Assembly (NCBI GenBank): GCA_964503955.1
Contig: CAZDCG010000002.1
Coordinates: 13,047 to 77,046 of the forward strand
Direction of reading: 5' to 3'
DNA length: 64,000 nt
Source of the DNA: an uncultured Gammaproteobacteria bacterium
GTDB taxonomy: Bacteria > Patescibacteriota > Patescibacteriia > VMEV01 > CAYQCH01
Shown: positions 29,121 to 37,478 of the stretch, one piece after another
How positions within the stretch are numbered: position 1 is the stretch's first letter
Layout: each line of letters opens with the position of its first letter
Notes under the pieces: model-generated
Databases searched by the model: none
What the model was told of the DNA's origin: nothing
The model's input: the letters and a program-made list of their open reading frames with translations, nothing else
Made by a program: the position numbers and the translations under genes

Positions 29121-30452
29121 ATGGCGAAAAAGAAGAAAGCAGTACCAAAAGAAAAACCTTCTGTTCCCCAGCGCATTACGGGCCCGCGGTCATTGCAGCT
29201 CGTTTCCGGTCTGCGCGACCGCATCGGCAAAGAAGTAAAGTGGTGGGGGTATTATCAGCAAGTCGCCTTTGAGGTGATGGAGAAATATAATTTTTTCCTC
29301 ATGCATCCGGCGAGCATTGAGTACACCACCGCGTTTACGCGGACGCTTGGCAAAGATCACCCGCTCGTGAATGAAAATTTACTGACCGTTTTAGATTCCA
29401 CCAAGGAGCATCTCTCTTTGCGCCCAAGCTTTGACGTGTCGTACTTGCGCGCATATTACCTGCATCATCGACAGGATTTTGAAAACGGCATGCCGATCGA
29501 CCATTGGTATACCATCGGTTCGGTGTATGGCGAACAGTTTGATCCGCGCGAAAAGCTGCAGATGCATATGGCTGTTCTTGGGAATCCGCATCCTGTCGTG
29601 GACGCGGAATGCACTGTGGCCGCGTATCGCTTTCTGCAGGCGCTTGGATTTTCACAAATCCAGGTGTTGATCAACAGCATCGGGGGCAAGCAGTCGCAGC
29701 AGGCGTATAAACAGGAGCTGAGCACCTATTATAAAGACCACAAAAAAGATCTTCCGGCCGACGTGCATGCGCATATCGGCAAAGATCCATTCGCGATTTT
29801 GGCGTCAACGCATGAGCAGTGCAAGAAGGTGAATGCGGAAGCACCGCAAAGCGTTGACTGGCTTGTGGAGGAAGACAAGGAGCATTTCATCCGCGTGCTT
29901 GAATATCTTGACGAGCTTGAAGTGCCGTATATGCTCGCGCCGGACATGGTTCCAACCGGAGCCGAATTCCGCAACAAAACCTTGATCTCATTGAAGGTTA
30001 CAACGGACGACGGAACGGATTATCTCCTCGCGCAGGGGGGCCGCGCAGACGGCATCGGAGATGATATCATCGACATGGATGTTCCAATGATGAATATGTC
30101 CATTGATCTTGACCGATGTTTAACGGCCACGAGAAATCAGAAGCTTGAAATCCCGCAGGAACGGGTCGCGCAGGTTTTCCTCGCGCAGCTTGGAGATGAA
30201 GCAAAAAAGCGCGCTCTCAGTTTACGTGAAGAATTGCATGAAGCCGGCATCAAAACCGTTGAGCATTTCGGGCAAGACAGCTTAAAGGAGCAGCTGGAGC
30301 AGGCGATGAAGCTTGGAGTGGCCTACACCTGCATTCTGGGCCAGAAAGAAATTCTTGATAAAACCATTCTCGTCCGCGACATGGATGGGGGAATCCAGGA
30401 AGAAGTGCCTCTCAACAAGCTTGTTGTGGAGCTGAAGAAGCGTCTGGCCTGA
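29121..30452 (+). CDS. HisRS-like protein with degenerate catalytic motifs and intact anticodon-binding domain
   Basis: Colinear with HisRS (LSLRP, DAE, INSIG, HF..VLEYLD, GGR.DG, SLKEQL..A.KLG...ILGQKE), but motif 2 and the RGLDYY motif are replaced. Confidence 0.85.
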   Translation: MAKKKKAVPKEKPSVPQRITGPRSLQLVSGLRDRIGKEVKWWGYYQQVAFEVMEKYNFFLMHPASIEYTTAFTRTLGKDHPLVNENLLTVLDSTKEHLSLRPSFDVSYLRAYYLHHRQDFENGMPIDHWYTIGSVYGEQFDPREKLQMHMAVLGNPHPVVDAECTVAAYRFLQALGFSQIQVLINSIGGKQSQQAYKQELSTYYKDHKKDLPADVHAHIGKDPFAILASTHEQCKKVNAEAPQSVDWLVEEDKEHFIRVLEYLDELEVPYMLAPDMVPTGAEFRNKTLISLKVTTDDGTDYLLAQGGRADGIGDDIIDMDVPMMNMSIDLDRCLTATRNQKLEIPQERVAQVFLAQLGDEAKKRALSLREELHEAGIKTVEHFGQDSLKEQLEQAMKLGVAYTCILGQKEILDKTILVRDMDGGIQEEVPLNKLVVELKKRLA

Positions 30453-30535
30453 GATTGACGAATCAAGAGCATTTTAGTATGGTTCATGCATGCAGAGGCT
30501 GATGCGGCCTTCTGCCATTTACCATAATCTATTGT

Positions 30536-30550
30536 AGAAAGGAAGGTGAT
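30536..30550 (+). promoter_or_regulatory. Extended Shine-Dalgarno sequence of rpsU
   Basis: AGAAAGGAAGGTGAT matches the complement of a canonical 16S tail (AUCACCUCCUUUCU) with one extra A. Confidence 0.8.
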
Positions 30551-30554
30551 TTTT

Positions 30555-30806
30555 CTGTCTAGCGTTGTCGATGTAAAGAAGAAAAAAGGCGAACGATTCG
30601 ATTCACTCTTGCGCCGTTTCAACAAACGAGTTATTGCGAGCGGAAAGCTGTTTCAGGCTCGCAAAATCCGTTACCGTGAACGTCCAATGAGCAAAACCCG
30701 CGTGAAAGGGCGCGCATTGCGACGAATGGAAATTGGAGATAAGCGCGAGTGGTTAAGAAAGACCGGCCAGCTGGTTGAAGATCAGCAGGGCCGCCGACGA
30801 AGATAA
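30555..30806 (+). CDS. rpsU: 30S ribosomal protein bS21 (probable CTG start)
   Basis: VDVKKKKGERFDSLLRRFNKRV..SG. No in-frame ATG precedes the fold, the GTG at 30546 lies inside the SD, and CTG 30555 has normal SD spacing. Confidence 0.88.
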   Translation: MSSVVDVKKKKGERFDSLLRRFNKRVIASGKLFQARKIRYRERPMSKTRVKGRALRRMEIGDKREWLRKTGQLVEDQQGRRRR

Positions 30807-30863
30807 ATATAAAGAGAAGAGGATGCCTCTGTGTGGAGGAGGTTCTCTACAAACTGCTGAGCT

Positions 30864-32477
30864 ATGCGAAGTTTGAAGCCCCATTTGCGCGGCTTTGCCG
30901 GGTACCTGATACTCGCGATTGTTGTGCTCATTGGCGCAAACGCTGTCTTTAACACCCCTGCCTTGGCGCAGGTAGATGTTGGATTGGAGCAGGCTGAGCA
31001 GATTGGACTTACAGGAACCGATCCTCGACTCATTGTCGCTCGCATTATTCAAGTAGCCCTCGGCGTGCTGGGTATCACCGCCGTGGGGCTTCTTATTTAT
31101 GCGGGCTTTTTGTGGATGACATCCGGCGGGGAAGACGAAAAAGTCGGCCGAGCAAAGACGCTTTTGCGAAATGCGTTGATCGGCTTGATCCTGATTCTGT
31201 CCGCATTTGCCATCGTGACCTATGTCTTCAGCATTTTGCGCCCTGATCTGTATTCAACGCCTCCGATCGGTTCGCGGGGAGGGATTGGCGGTATCGGAGG
31301 CGGCGGAGGTTTCCCGATCGGTGTCATCTCCTCGCATTACCCGGATCGAGGACAAACCAATGTCGCGCGCAATACCAATATCATGGTGACATTCACCGAG
31401 CCGATACTTGTTGAAAGCATTATCGATAATGCCGGAACACCAGATAATCCCGCTGATGATCGTTTAAATACGGAAAACATTTTTATCCGACGTTCGGCCG
31501 ATGATCCAAATGATGGACCTTTCGTGCCGGCCGCAGCGGCTGCGTCTGAAGACGGACGTTCCTTTGTCTTTGACCCGATTGATCTTCTTGGTTCGTCTGA
31601 AGAAAACACCCTTTATACCGTCGTGCTTGGGGAAGGAATCACGACCGCGCAGGGAAGAGGCGCATTTGGAAATTTCGGTGCCTATGCATGGGAATTTGAA
31701 GTGGGAACCTTTATCGATCTTGAGCCGCCGCAGGTGGAAAGCGTGATTCCGGCGCAGAGTTCAACGCATCCTCGCAATGTCGTGGTGCAAATCAACTTTA
31801 ATGAAGCAATGAATCCGCTTACGGCCAGCGGAGAAGTAGGGGCTGGTTTTGATGCGATCTCGATCCGCCAAGCGGACGGCAGCGTCGTGGAAGGCCGATA
31901 CATGATCAGCAATCAGTATCGGACCGTCGAATTTATCACCAATGATTTGTGCGGGAAGAATTCCTGCGGCGAAGACGTGTTTTGTTTGCCCGGAGATGCC
32001 GCACTGACAGCTCTCCTGCGTGCGGCGACAATCAGTTTGTCACCCCCTACGGCGGCTTTTCCATATGACGGATTAACGGATGCGGCGGCAAATTCGCTCG
32101 ACGGAAATCTTGACGGTTCCGCGCAAGGTCCGCAAACGGATAATTATACCTGGTCGTTTCAAACAACCAATCAAATCGATTTGACCGCGCCGGTTATTGT
32201 CTCGGTATCGCCAAATCCATTTTCTACCCAGGTCGATCTGAATGCTCCGGTTACGGCAACTTTCAGCAAACCGCTTCAATTCAGCACCATCAACCGTAAA
32301 TCGGTGAGCGTGGACGGCCTGGAAGATTACCGGTTGAATGCCAGTTCGCAAGGCGGGCAATCTCGTATCGACATTCTGCATCGAGGGCTTTTGGAAGAGA
32401 CAACCTATACGCCGGTTGTGACATCAGATGTTCGCGATCTTTATCAGAATTGTTATCGCCCTTGTGTCGGTCCTTAA
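30864..32477 (+). CDS. VirB2/TrbC-like pilin fused to Ig-like (Big_5) domains
   Basis: Signal peptide, then IYAGFLWMTSGGEDEKVGRAK..L.NALIGL pilin hairpin, a Gly-rich linker and three P....NV..N..I...F.E Ig repeats. Confidence 0.85.
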   Translation: MRSLKPHLRGFAGYLILAIVVLIGANAVFNTPALAQVDVGLEQAEQIGLTGTDPRLIVARIIQVALGVLGITAVGLLIYAGFLWMTSGGEDEKVGRAKTLLRNALIGLILILSAFAIVTYVFSILRPDLYSTPPIGSRGGIGGIGGGGGFPIGVISSHYPDRGQTNVARNTNIMVTFTEPILVESIIDNAGTPDNPADDRLNTENIFIRRSADDPNDGPFVPAAAAASEDGRSFVFDPIDLLGSSEENTLYTVVLGEGITTAQGRGAFGNFGAYAWEFEVGTFIDLEPPQVESVIPAQSSTHPRNVVVQINFNEAMNPLTASGEVGAGFDAISIRQADGSVVEGRYMISNQYRTVEFITNDLCGKNSCGEDVFCLPGDAALTALLRAATISLSPPTAAFPYDGLTDAAANSLDGNLDGSAQGPQTDNYTWSFQTTNQIDLTAPVIVSVSPNPFSTQVDLNAPVTATFSKPLQFSTINRKSVSVDGLEDYRLNASSQGGQSRIDILHRGLLEETTYTPVVTSDVRDLYQNCYRPCVGP

Positions 32478-32480
32478 CCT

Positions 32481-35400
32481 ATGAAGCGGATTTTGCTGAC
32501 CATTTTCATCGCGCTTTCCTTCTTTCTTCCTGCTTCCTCCGTTCTGGCGCAGGAAGCGGGGGCGGATTCTCCTGTTGAAACCGTCGTCCAGGAAACATCA
32601 TCGGTAAGCACCGGCTGGAGAGTTGCGCAGATTATCGCGCTGGCCGGGGCCGTCATCAGCCTTGGCATGCTGATTTACGGGGCGGTGTTGTGGCGCAATG
32701 CCGTGCAGAATAATGATTTGCTCATGGCCGACCGCGGCCGTAATCTAACCGTCTTGTTCGGTATCGTTTTTTTCCTGTTCCTTGTTCTATTGCTTATCAG
32801 CTTTGTGGTAATTGCGCGCCAGCAGTCGCGCCAGACGGAGCAACAGCAGCAAATACAAACAACCGGTACCGGCGGATTGAGCGTTCGGGACTCACTCTTG
32901 CTTGTTGAGGCGATTCCAAATTCCGCGGTTCCTATCCGCAATGTTGCTGTTCAGCTGCTGTTCAACCAACCCGTCAGTCAGATCAATGTAGAACAGCATA
33001 TTTTGGTATCAGCGCAAGAAGGAGAAGGACCGGTGGTCGGAACCTGGACCGTGGAAGGGGAATATGCCGTCTTTCAGCCGAATCAAGCCTGTCCCGCGCC
33101 CAATCAGAATCTGCGCTGTTTTGATGCCAACCAAACCTTTGTTGTGACTATTGCACAGGAATTGACGAGCGAAGACGGGGATGCGTTCCGTTGCTCGCTT
33201 GCCGCATCTTCCGAGCAATGCCGGTTTACCTTCACGACGGGAGAAGCGGTTGATTCCACCCCTCCGACGGCGCGCATCTCCTTGCCGCTCAATGATGCCG
33301 CGGTGGCTCAGGATTCCGCGCAGCAGGTAGAAGCGCTGGCAAGCGACGATCTGGCGGTGGCTTCCTTGCACTTCTTCGCGGATGGAGAACGAATCGGCGT
33401 ATCAGCCGCGCCGGGCAATGAGTTGCAAACTTCTTTTCGGGCATCCGCCATTTGGTTGACGGAAGGGCTCGCCATTGGATCGATGCATACGATCCGGGCG
33501 GTTGCGTATGATTTCGCCGGCAGAACGGGCGAAGCAGTGCCCGTGCAGGTGGAAATTCTTCCCGCTTACTGTTTTGACGGCCAGCAGAATGAAGACGAAG
33601 AAGGGCTTGATTGCGGAGGGCCGACCTGCCGCGCCTGCCAGGGAGCGGTCTGCAGCAGCAATGAGGATTGCGCATCAGGACTTTGCTTTAACGGTGTCTG
33701 TCAGGAATTCCCGGTGATTGAAGAAGTGATTTATCCAAACGGCGCTCCGGGAAACCTTGTGACGATTCGCGGGAAGAATTTCGGATCCGAGCCTGGATCC
33801 GTGATTTTCCTTGGAGGAGCCAGTGATGCGGATAATGTACCGGGGCAGCTTCCGCCATGCGAAGCATATTGGACGAATCAGGAAGTCATTATCGAGGTTC
33901 CAGCAGGAGCTGTCAGCGGGCCGCTTCGGCTTGAAACGGCACAGGCGCTCTACGATACCACCGACGACAGCAAAGGAGAGCGCGTTGTATTTGAAGTAAA
34001 CGATCTTGTCCGTCCAACGCTCTGCGCTGTTTTGCCGCCTTCGCAACAGGTGGGGCGATCTGTTCAGATTATCGGCAAAGCGCTTGGCGAGGAACCTGGC
34101 AAGGTCTTCTTCGGACAGAATGCCGCCAGCCGCGTTCAGGGCTGGGCCGATGACATCATTTCAGAAGTTTTTCTACCATCCATGCAGGCAGGTCCGGTTT
34201 CGGTCAGCGTGGAAGCGGCTGGAGAACGAAGCAATCCTGTGCACTTCCTTGTGCAGGAATCCGATACATTGCCGTTCATTGAATCGATCACGCCTGACCG
34301 CGGACCTGTCGGACAAATGTTCAGTCTGCGCGGGCGGCATTTCACCGCATCCGCGCTGGTTCGTTTTCTTGATCCGCGGACTGGGGAAACCATCCTTGCT
34401 GATACGCGATTGCCCCGGGAATGCGAGCAATATATTTCCAATCAGCAGCGCGCGTATCGCGTGCCAAATCTCGAACCGGGAACATATCAGGTTTATCTCG
34501 AAACGGAAATCGGCCAAAGCAATAGCGTTGATTTTGTGGTCACCCGCGGAGAACGCCTGCCAGGCCTTTGCGGCATGACACCGGACAATGGCCCGCTTGG
34601 CATTGAGGTCACGCTGCACGGAGAAGGGTTTGGAAGCCAAGCCGGCGCCGTGCGGTTCACTCCGCGCATTGATGACACGCAAATTCTTTCCTGGCGCGAT
34701 AACCGCGTGCAGGCGGTTGTGCCTGCGACAGCACAGTCAGGTCCTGTACAGGTTGTGAACGCGGCGGGCGCTTTAAGCAATGCTTTGGATTTCACCATTG
34801 GAACCTGCAGCCCGGATACATGCTCTGAAGGTCTTGTTTGTTGCGGCTCAGGCTCATGCCAGGCAGCCGGCAGCTGTGCGCAGAATATTCCATACTGTTC
34901 GTATCAATGGGTCTTTAGCACAGGTGATGATCTTGGCGGGCCTCCACGGGTGATTGAAGACGCTTCCTGCAGAAGCAATACGCAAAGCCCTTCTCCGTAT
35001 AAAGACACAAAAGACGCATGTTTGAACGCGCAAATCTCGGCGCGGTTTACCCACGACATGCTCGACAACTCGCTTTCAACCGACAATATCGTTGTACATC
35101 GCTGCAATACCGGCGACTTGCTTGATTCATCTCAATGCCAGGTCGAGGTCAATCTTGCGAGTCTCACCATCATCAATGCGGGACAACCAGGCGAGGGATT
35201 CATTGCCGCGCCGCAGGTCGCTCTTGAACCGGATACCTGGTACGAAGTTGTGCTCAGCACCGGGTTTACGGCTGAAAACGGGCTATCCATGGCATCACCG
35301 TATCGTTGGGTCTTTAAAACGCAGGTGGGAGACGGCCAATGCCAGGTCGATCATATCGAAGTTACACCAGCGTCCGCCACGCTCAGGCAGCTGCTTGATC

Positions 35401-37427
35401 GACAATCCTATGCTGCTCTTCCGATCGCTTTGAATTGCAATATTCTGAATCCTGATGAATTCACCTGGGGATGGCTGAGTTCGGACACCTCAAAAGCGCA
35501 AGTATTCTTCTCAAACGAGCCTCGAAATACGGCCACGGCCGTTGGACCAACTGATCCAGAACCGCCGGTACGCATCATTGGCCAATTGCCTGAATATGGG
35601 CTTTCTGATGAAGGACTTCTTACCGTGCGTTTGCAGCCGCCGCTGGTTGTGAACAAATGGCCGAATTGCGGCTCTGCCTGCGTGAATGCAATGATCGGTG
35701 CTCGCTTTGATCAAGCCATGAATGAATCTTCCGTGACCAACACGGCCAATGTTCAGCTATTCCGTTGTGCGGATCGCACCTGCGCTCGAGAGGGGATGGT
35801 TTCATCCGGGGTTTCTTCTCTGCGGTATAACCAAACCGATCAATCCCTCTTTTTCCTGCCGGCAGCCGGCGCTCTTGCTCAGAACACAACCTATCGCGTG
35901 GTTTTAAAGAATCTGACCAGCACCAGCGGCTTGGGATTAGGAAACCTCAATTATGACAGCGATGAGACAAGGGGGCTCGACAGTTATTCCTGGGTTTTCA
36001 GCGTGAGAGACAGCGCGGACCTTTGCACGGTTGAGGATGTCGCGGTGATCCCTTCTTTTGCTTCTTCTTCACTGATTGGTGAAGAATTCGATTATTTCTC
36101 TTTGCCGCTCTCTCCGCCGGATGCCTGCAGTCCTGAAGGACAATACCTCAATCCGGAAGCATATAACTGGGGATGGGCTTCCAGCCAGGCTGCGGTTGGA
36201 ACCGTGAGCACGGACGATATTGTTCCTCCTTCAGGATTCGTCGATCCGTATCAGATCACGAGAAGTACAGGACCTGGAGAAACTTCCATTACGGCACGCA
36301 CGCAGGACGCGAGCGGTGACGGCGATTTGCTTGTTGCCTGCGGATTCCAATCCGATCTTGATTGTCCGGCTCCGGCAACCGTGGATACCTTTGGCGTCGG
36401 CTCGGATTCCTGCTGCCGCGAGCGTCCAAGTGTGCGTTCATTCAATCCGCCTTCCGGATCAGAATCTGTTTGCACGACGCTTGGTATCGAGGTGCAATTC
36501 AACCAGGAAATGAATATCAGTTCCTTGCTCAGCAATATAGTCCTTGAGCGTTTCAACGGCTCGCAGCCATGCGCCGCGGTGCAGACAACCGCCTGGCAGA
36601 GAATGAAGGGGGTTGTGCATCGACTGCTTGCCTGGATGCTTCCGCCGGCATCAGCGCAGACTGAACATTGGTGTCAGATCCCTGCCAATATTGTGGTTAC
36701 GCAATACCTGGAAGGTTCCAGAGCGACCGTTTTTCCTCAATCTGAACTTGCGCAAAATACGCAATACCGTGTGCGCGTACAGGGGGATGCGGCCATCAAT
36801 GACGGAGTGAATCAGGGAGTAAGAAGCGCCTTTGATGTTTCCATGAATGGCGATGCCGTAAGCCTGTTCAGCACGGGCGAGGCGAAATGTAATCTTGATC
36901 TTGTTGATGTGATCATCACACCTCCGGGGAAACCTGGTTCAAAAGATGTCTTCTTCTGCGCGGTTCGCAACGATTGTCCGGGGGACGTGAATCCGGCAGT
37001 AGACGGCAATCAGCATCGATATGTTGCTGTTGGGCGCGATTTACGAGGTTTTGTCGTGCCAGGCAATTACCGATGGACAACAAACTCCGGCTCATTGGCC
37101 GGCTTGAACGCAACCGACCAGCAGGAGGTTGAAGTCAGCACGCAGCCGGAAAACGGAAATGCTTATGTTACCGTTCACGCGAACGCGGTGGCACCATCGG
37201 AGGGAAGCGTTTCGCGAACCGTCATGATCAAAATCTTCCTCTGTGAAAATCCATGGCCAAGCATTCTCGATTTCCCGTATACCGACTTCGATTTCAACTA
37301 TGATACATTCTACTGCCGCGATTTTGGCGAACCTGGTGTTTTCGATGACCTTCCTCCGCTCTCATCGCCGATTGTCGGAGACGCGGTAGGGGGCTTCCTG
37401 CACGAACGATTATTCATTGTTGAATGA
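32481..37427 (+). CDS. 1648-aa membrane-anchored multi-Ig/IPT-TIG Cys-rich surface protein
   Basis: Signal peptide, degenerate pilin-like TM hairpin, Big_5 repeats, four IPT/TIG repeats (G..VTI.G.NFG) and a CFDGQQN.DE.G.DCGG repeat. Confidence 0.88.
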   Translation: MKRILLTIFIALSFFLPASSVLAQEAGADSPVETVVQETSSVSTGWRVAQIIALAGAVISLGMLIYGAVLWRNAVQNNDLLMADRGRNLTVLFGIVFFLFLVLLLISFVVIARQQSRQTEQQQQIQTTGTGGLSVRDSLLLVEAIPNSAVPIRNVAVQLLFNQPVSQINVEQHILVSAQEGEGPVVGTWTVEGEYAVFQPNQACPAPNQNLRCFDANQTFVVTIAQELTSEDGDAFRCSLAASSEQCRFTFTTGEAVDSTPPTARISLPLNDAAVAQDSAQQVEALASDDLAVASLHFFADGERIGVSAAPGNELQTSFRASAIWLTEGLAIGSMHTIRAVAYDFAGRTGEAVPVQVEILPAYCFDGQQNEDEEGLDCGGPTCRACQGAVCSSNEDCASGLCFNGVCQEFPVIEEVIYPNGAPGNLVTIRGKNFGSEPGSVIFLGGASDADNVPGQLPPCEAYWTNQEVIIEVPAGAVSGPLRLETAQALYDTTDDSKGERVVFEVNDLVRPTLCAVLPPSQQVGRSVQIIGKALGEEPGKVFFGQNAASRVQGWADDIISEVFLPSMQAGPVSVSVEAAGERSNPVHFLVQESDTLPFIESITPDRGPVGQMFSLRGRHFTASALVRFLDPRTGETILADTRLPRECEQYISNQQRAYRVPNLEPGTYQVYLETEIGQSNSVDFVVTRGERLPGLCGMTPDNGPLGIEVTLHGEGFGSQAGAVRFTPRIDDTQILSWRDNRVQAVVPATAQSGPVQVVNAAGALSNALDFTIGTCSPDTCSEGLVCCGSGSCQAAGSCAQNIPYCSYQWVFSTGDDLGGPPRVIEDASCRSNTQSPSPYKDTKDACLNAQISARFTHDMLDNSLSTDNIVVHRCNTGDLLDSSQCQVEVNLASLTIINAGQPGEGFIAAPQVALEPDTWYEVVLSTGFTAENGLSMASPYRWVFKTQVGDGQCQVDHIEVTPASATLRQLLDRQSYAALPIALNCNILNPDEFTWGWLSSDTSKAQVFFSNEPRNTATAVGPTDPEPPVRIIGQLPEYGLSDEGLLTVRLQPPLVVNKWPNCGSACVNAMIGARFDQAMNESSVTNTANVQLFRCADRTCAREGMVSSGVSSLRYNQTDQSLFFLPAAGALAQNTTYRVVLKNLTSTSGLGLGNLNYDSDETRGLDSYSWVFSVRDSADLCTVEDVAVIPSFASSSLIGEEFDYFSLPLSPPDACSPEGQYLNPEAYNWGWASSQAAVGTVSTDDIVPPSGFVDPYQITRSTGPGETSITARTQDASGDGDLLVACGFQSDLDCPAPATVDTFGVGSDSCCRERPSVRSFNPPSGSESVCTTLGIEVQFNQEMNISSLLSNIVLERFNGSQPCAAVQTTAWQRMKGVVHRLLAWMLPPASAQTEHWCQIPANIVVTQYLEGSRATVFPQSELAQNTQYRVRVQGDAAINDGVNQGVRSAFDVSMNGDAVSLFSTGEAKCNLDLVDVIITPPGKPGSKDVFFCAVRNDCPGDVNPAVDGNQHRYVAVGRDLRGFVVPGNYRWTTNSGSLAGLNATDQQEVEVSTQPENGNAYVTVHANAVAPSEGSVSRTVMIKIFLCENPWPSILDFPYTDFDFNYDTFYCRDFGEPGVFDDLPPLSSPIVGDAVGGFLHERLFIVE

Positions 37428-37478
37428 TATTTCGTGATGCATGGAACTTTGGTATCATAGAAAGATGAAATCATTCTT

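Noticed and set aside
29121-30452. HisZ (ATP phosphoribosyltransferase regulatory subunit)
   Set aside because: It retains the anticodon-binding domain and no his genes are nearby. It cannot be excluded fully without the rest of the genome.
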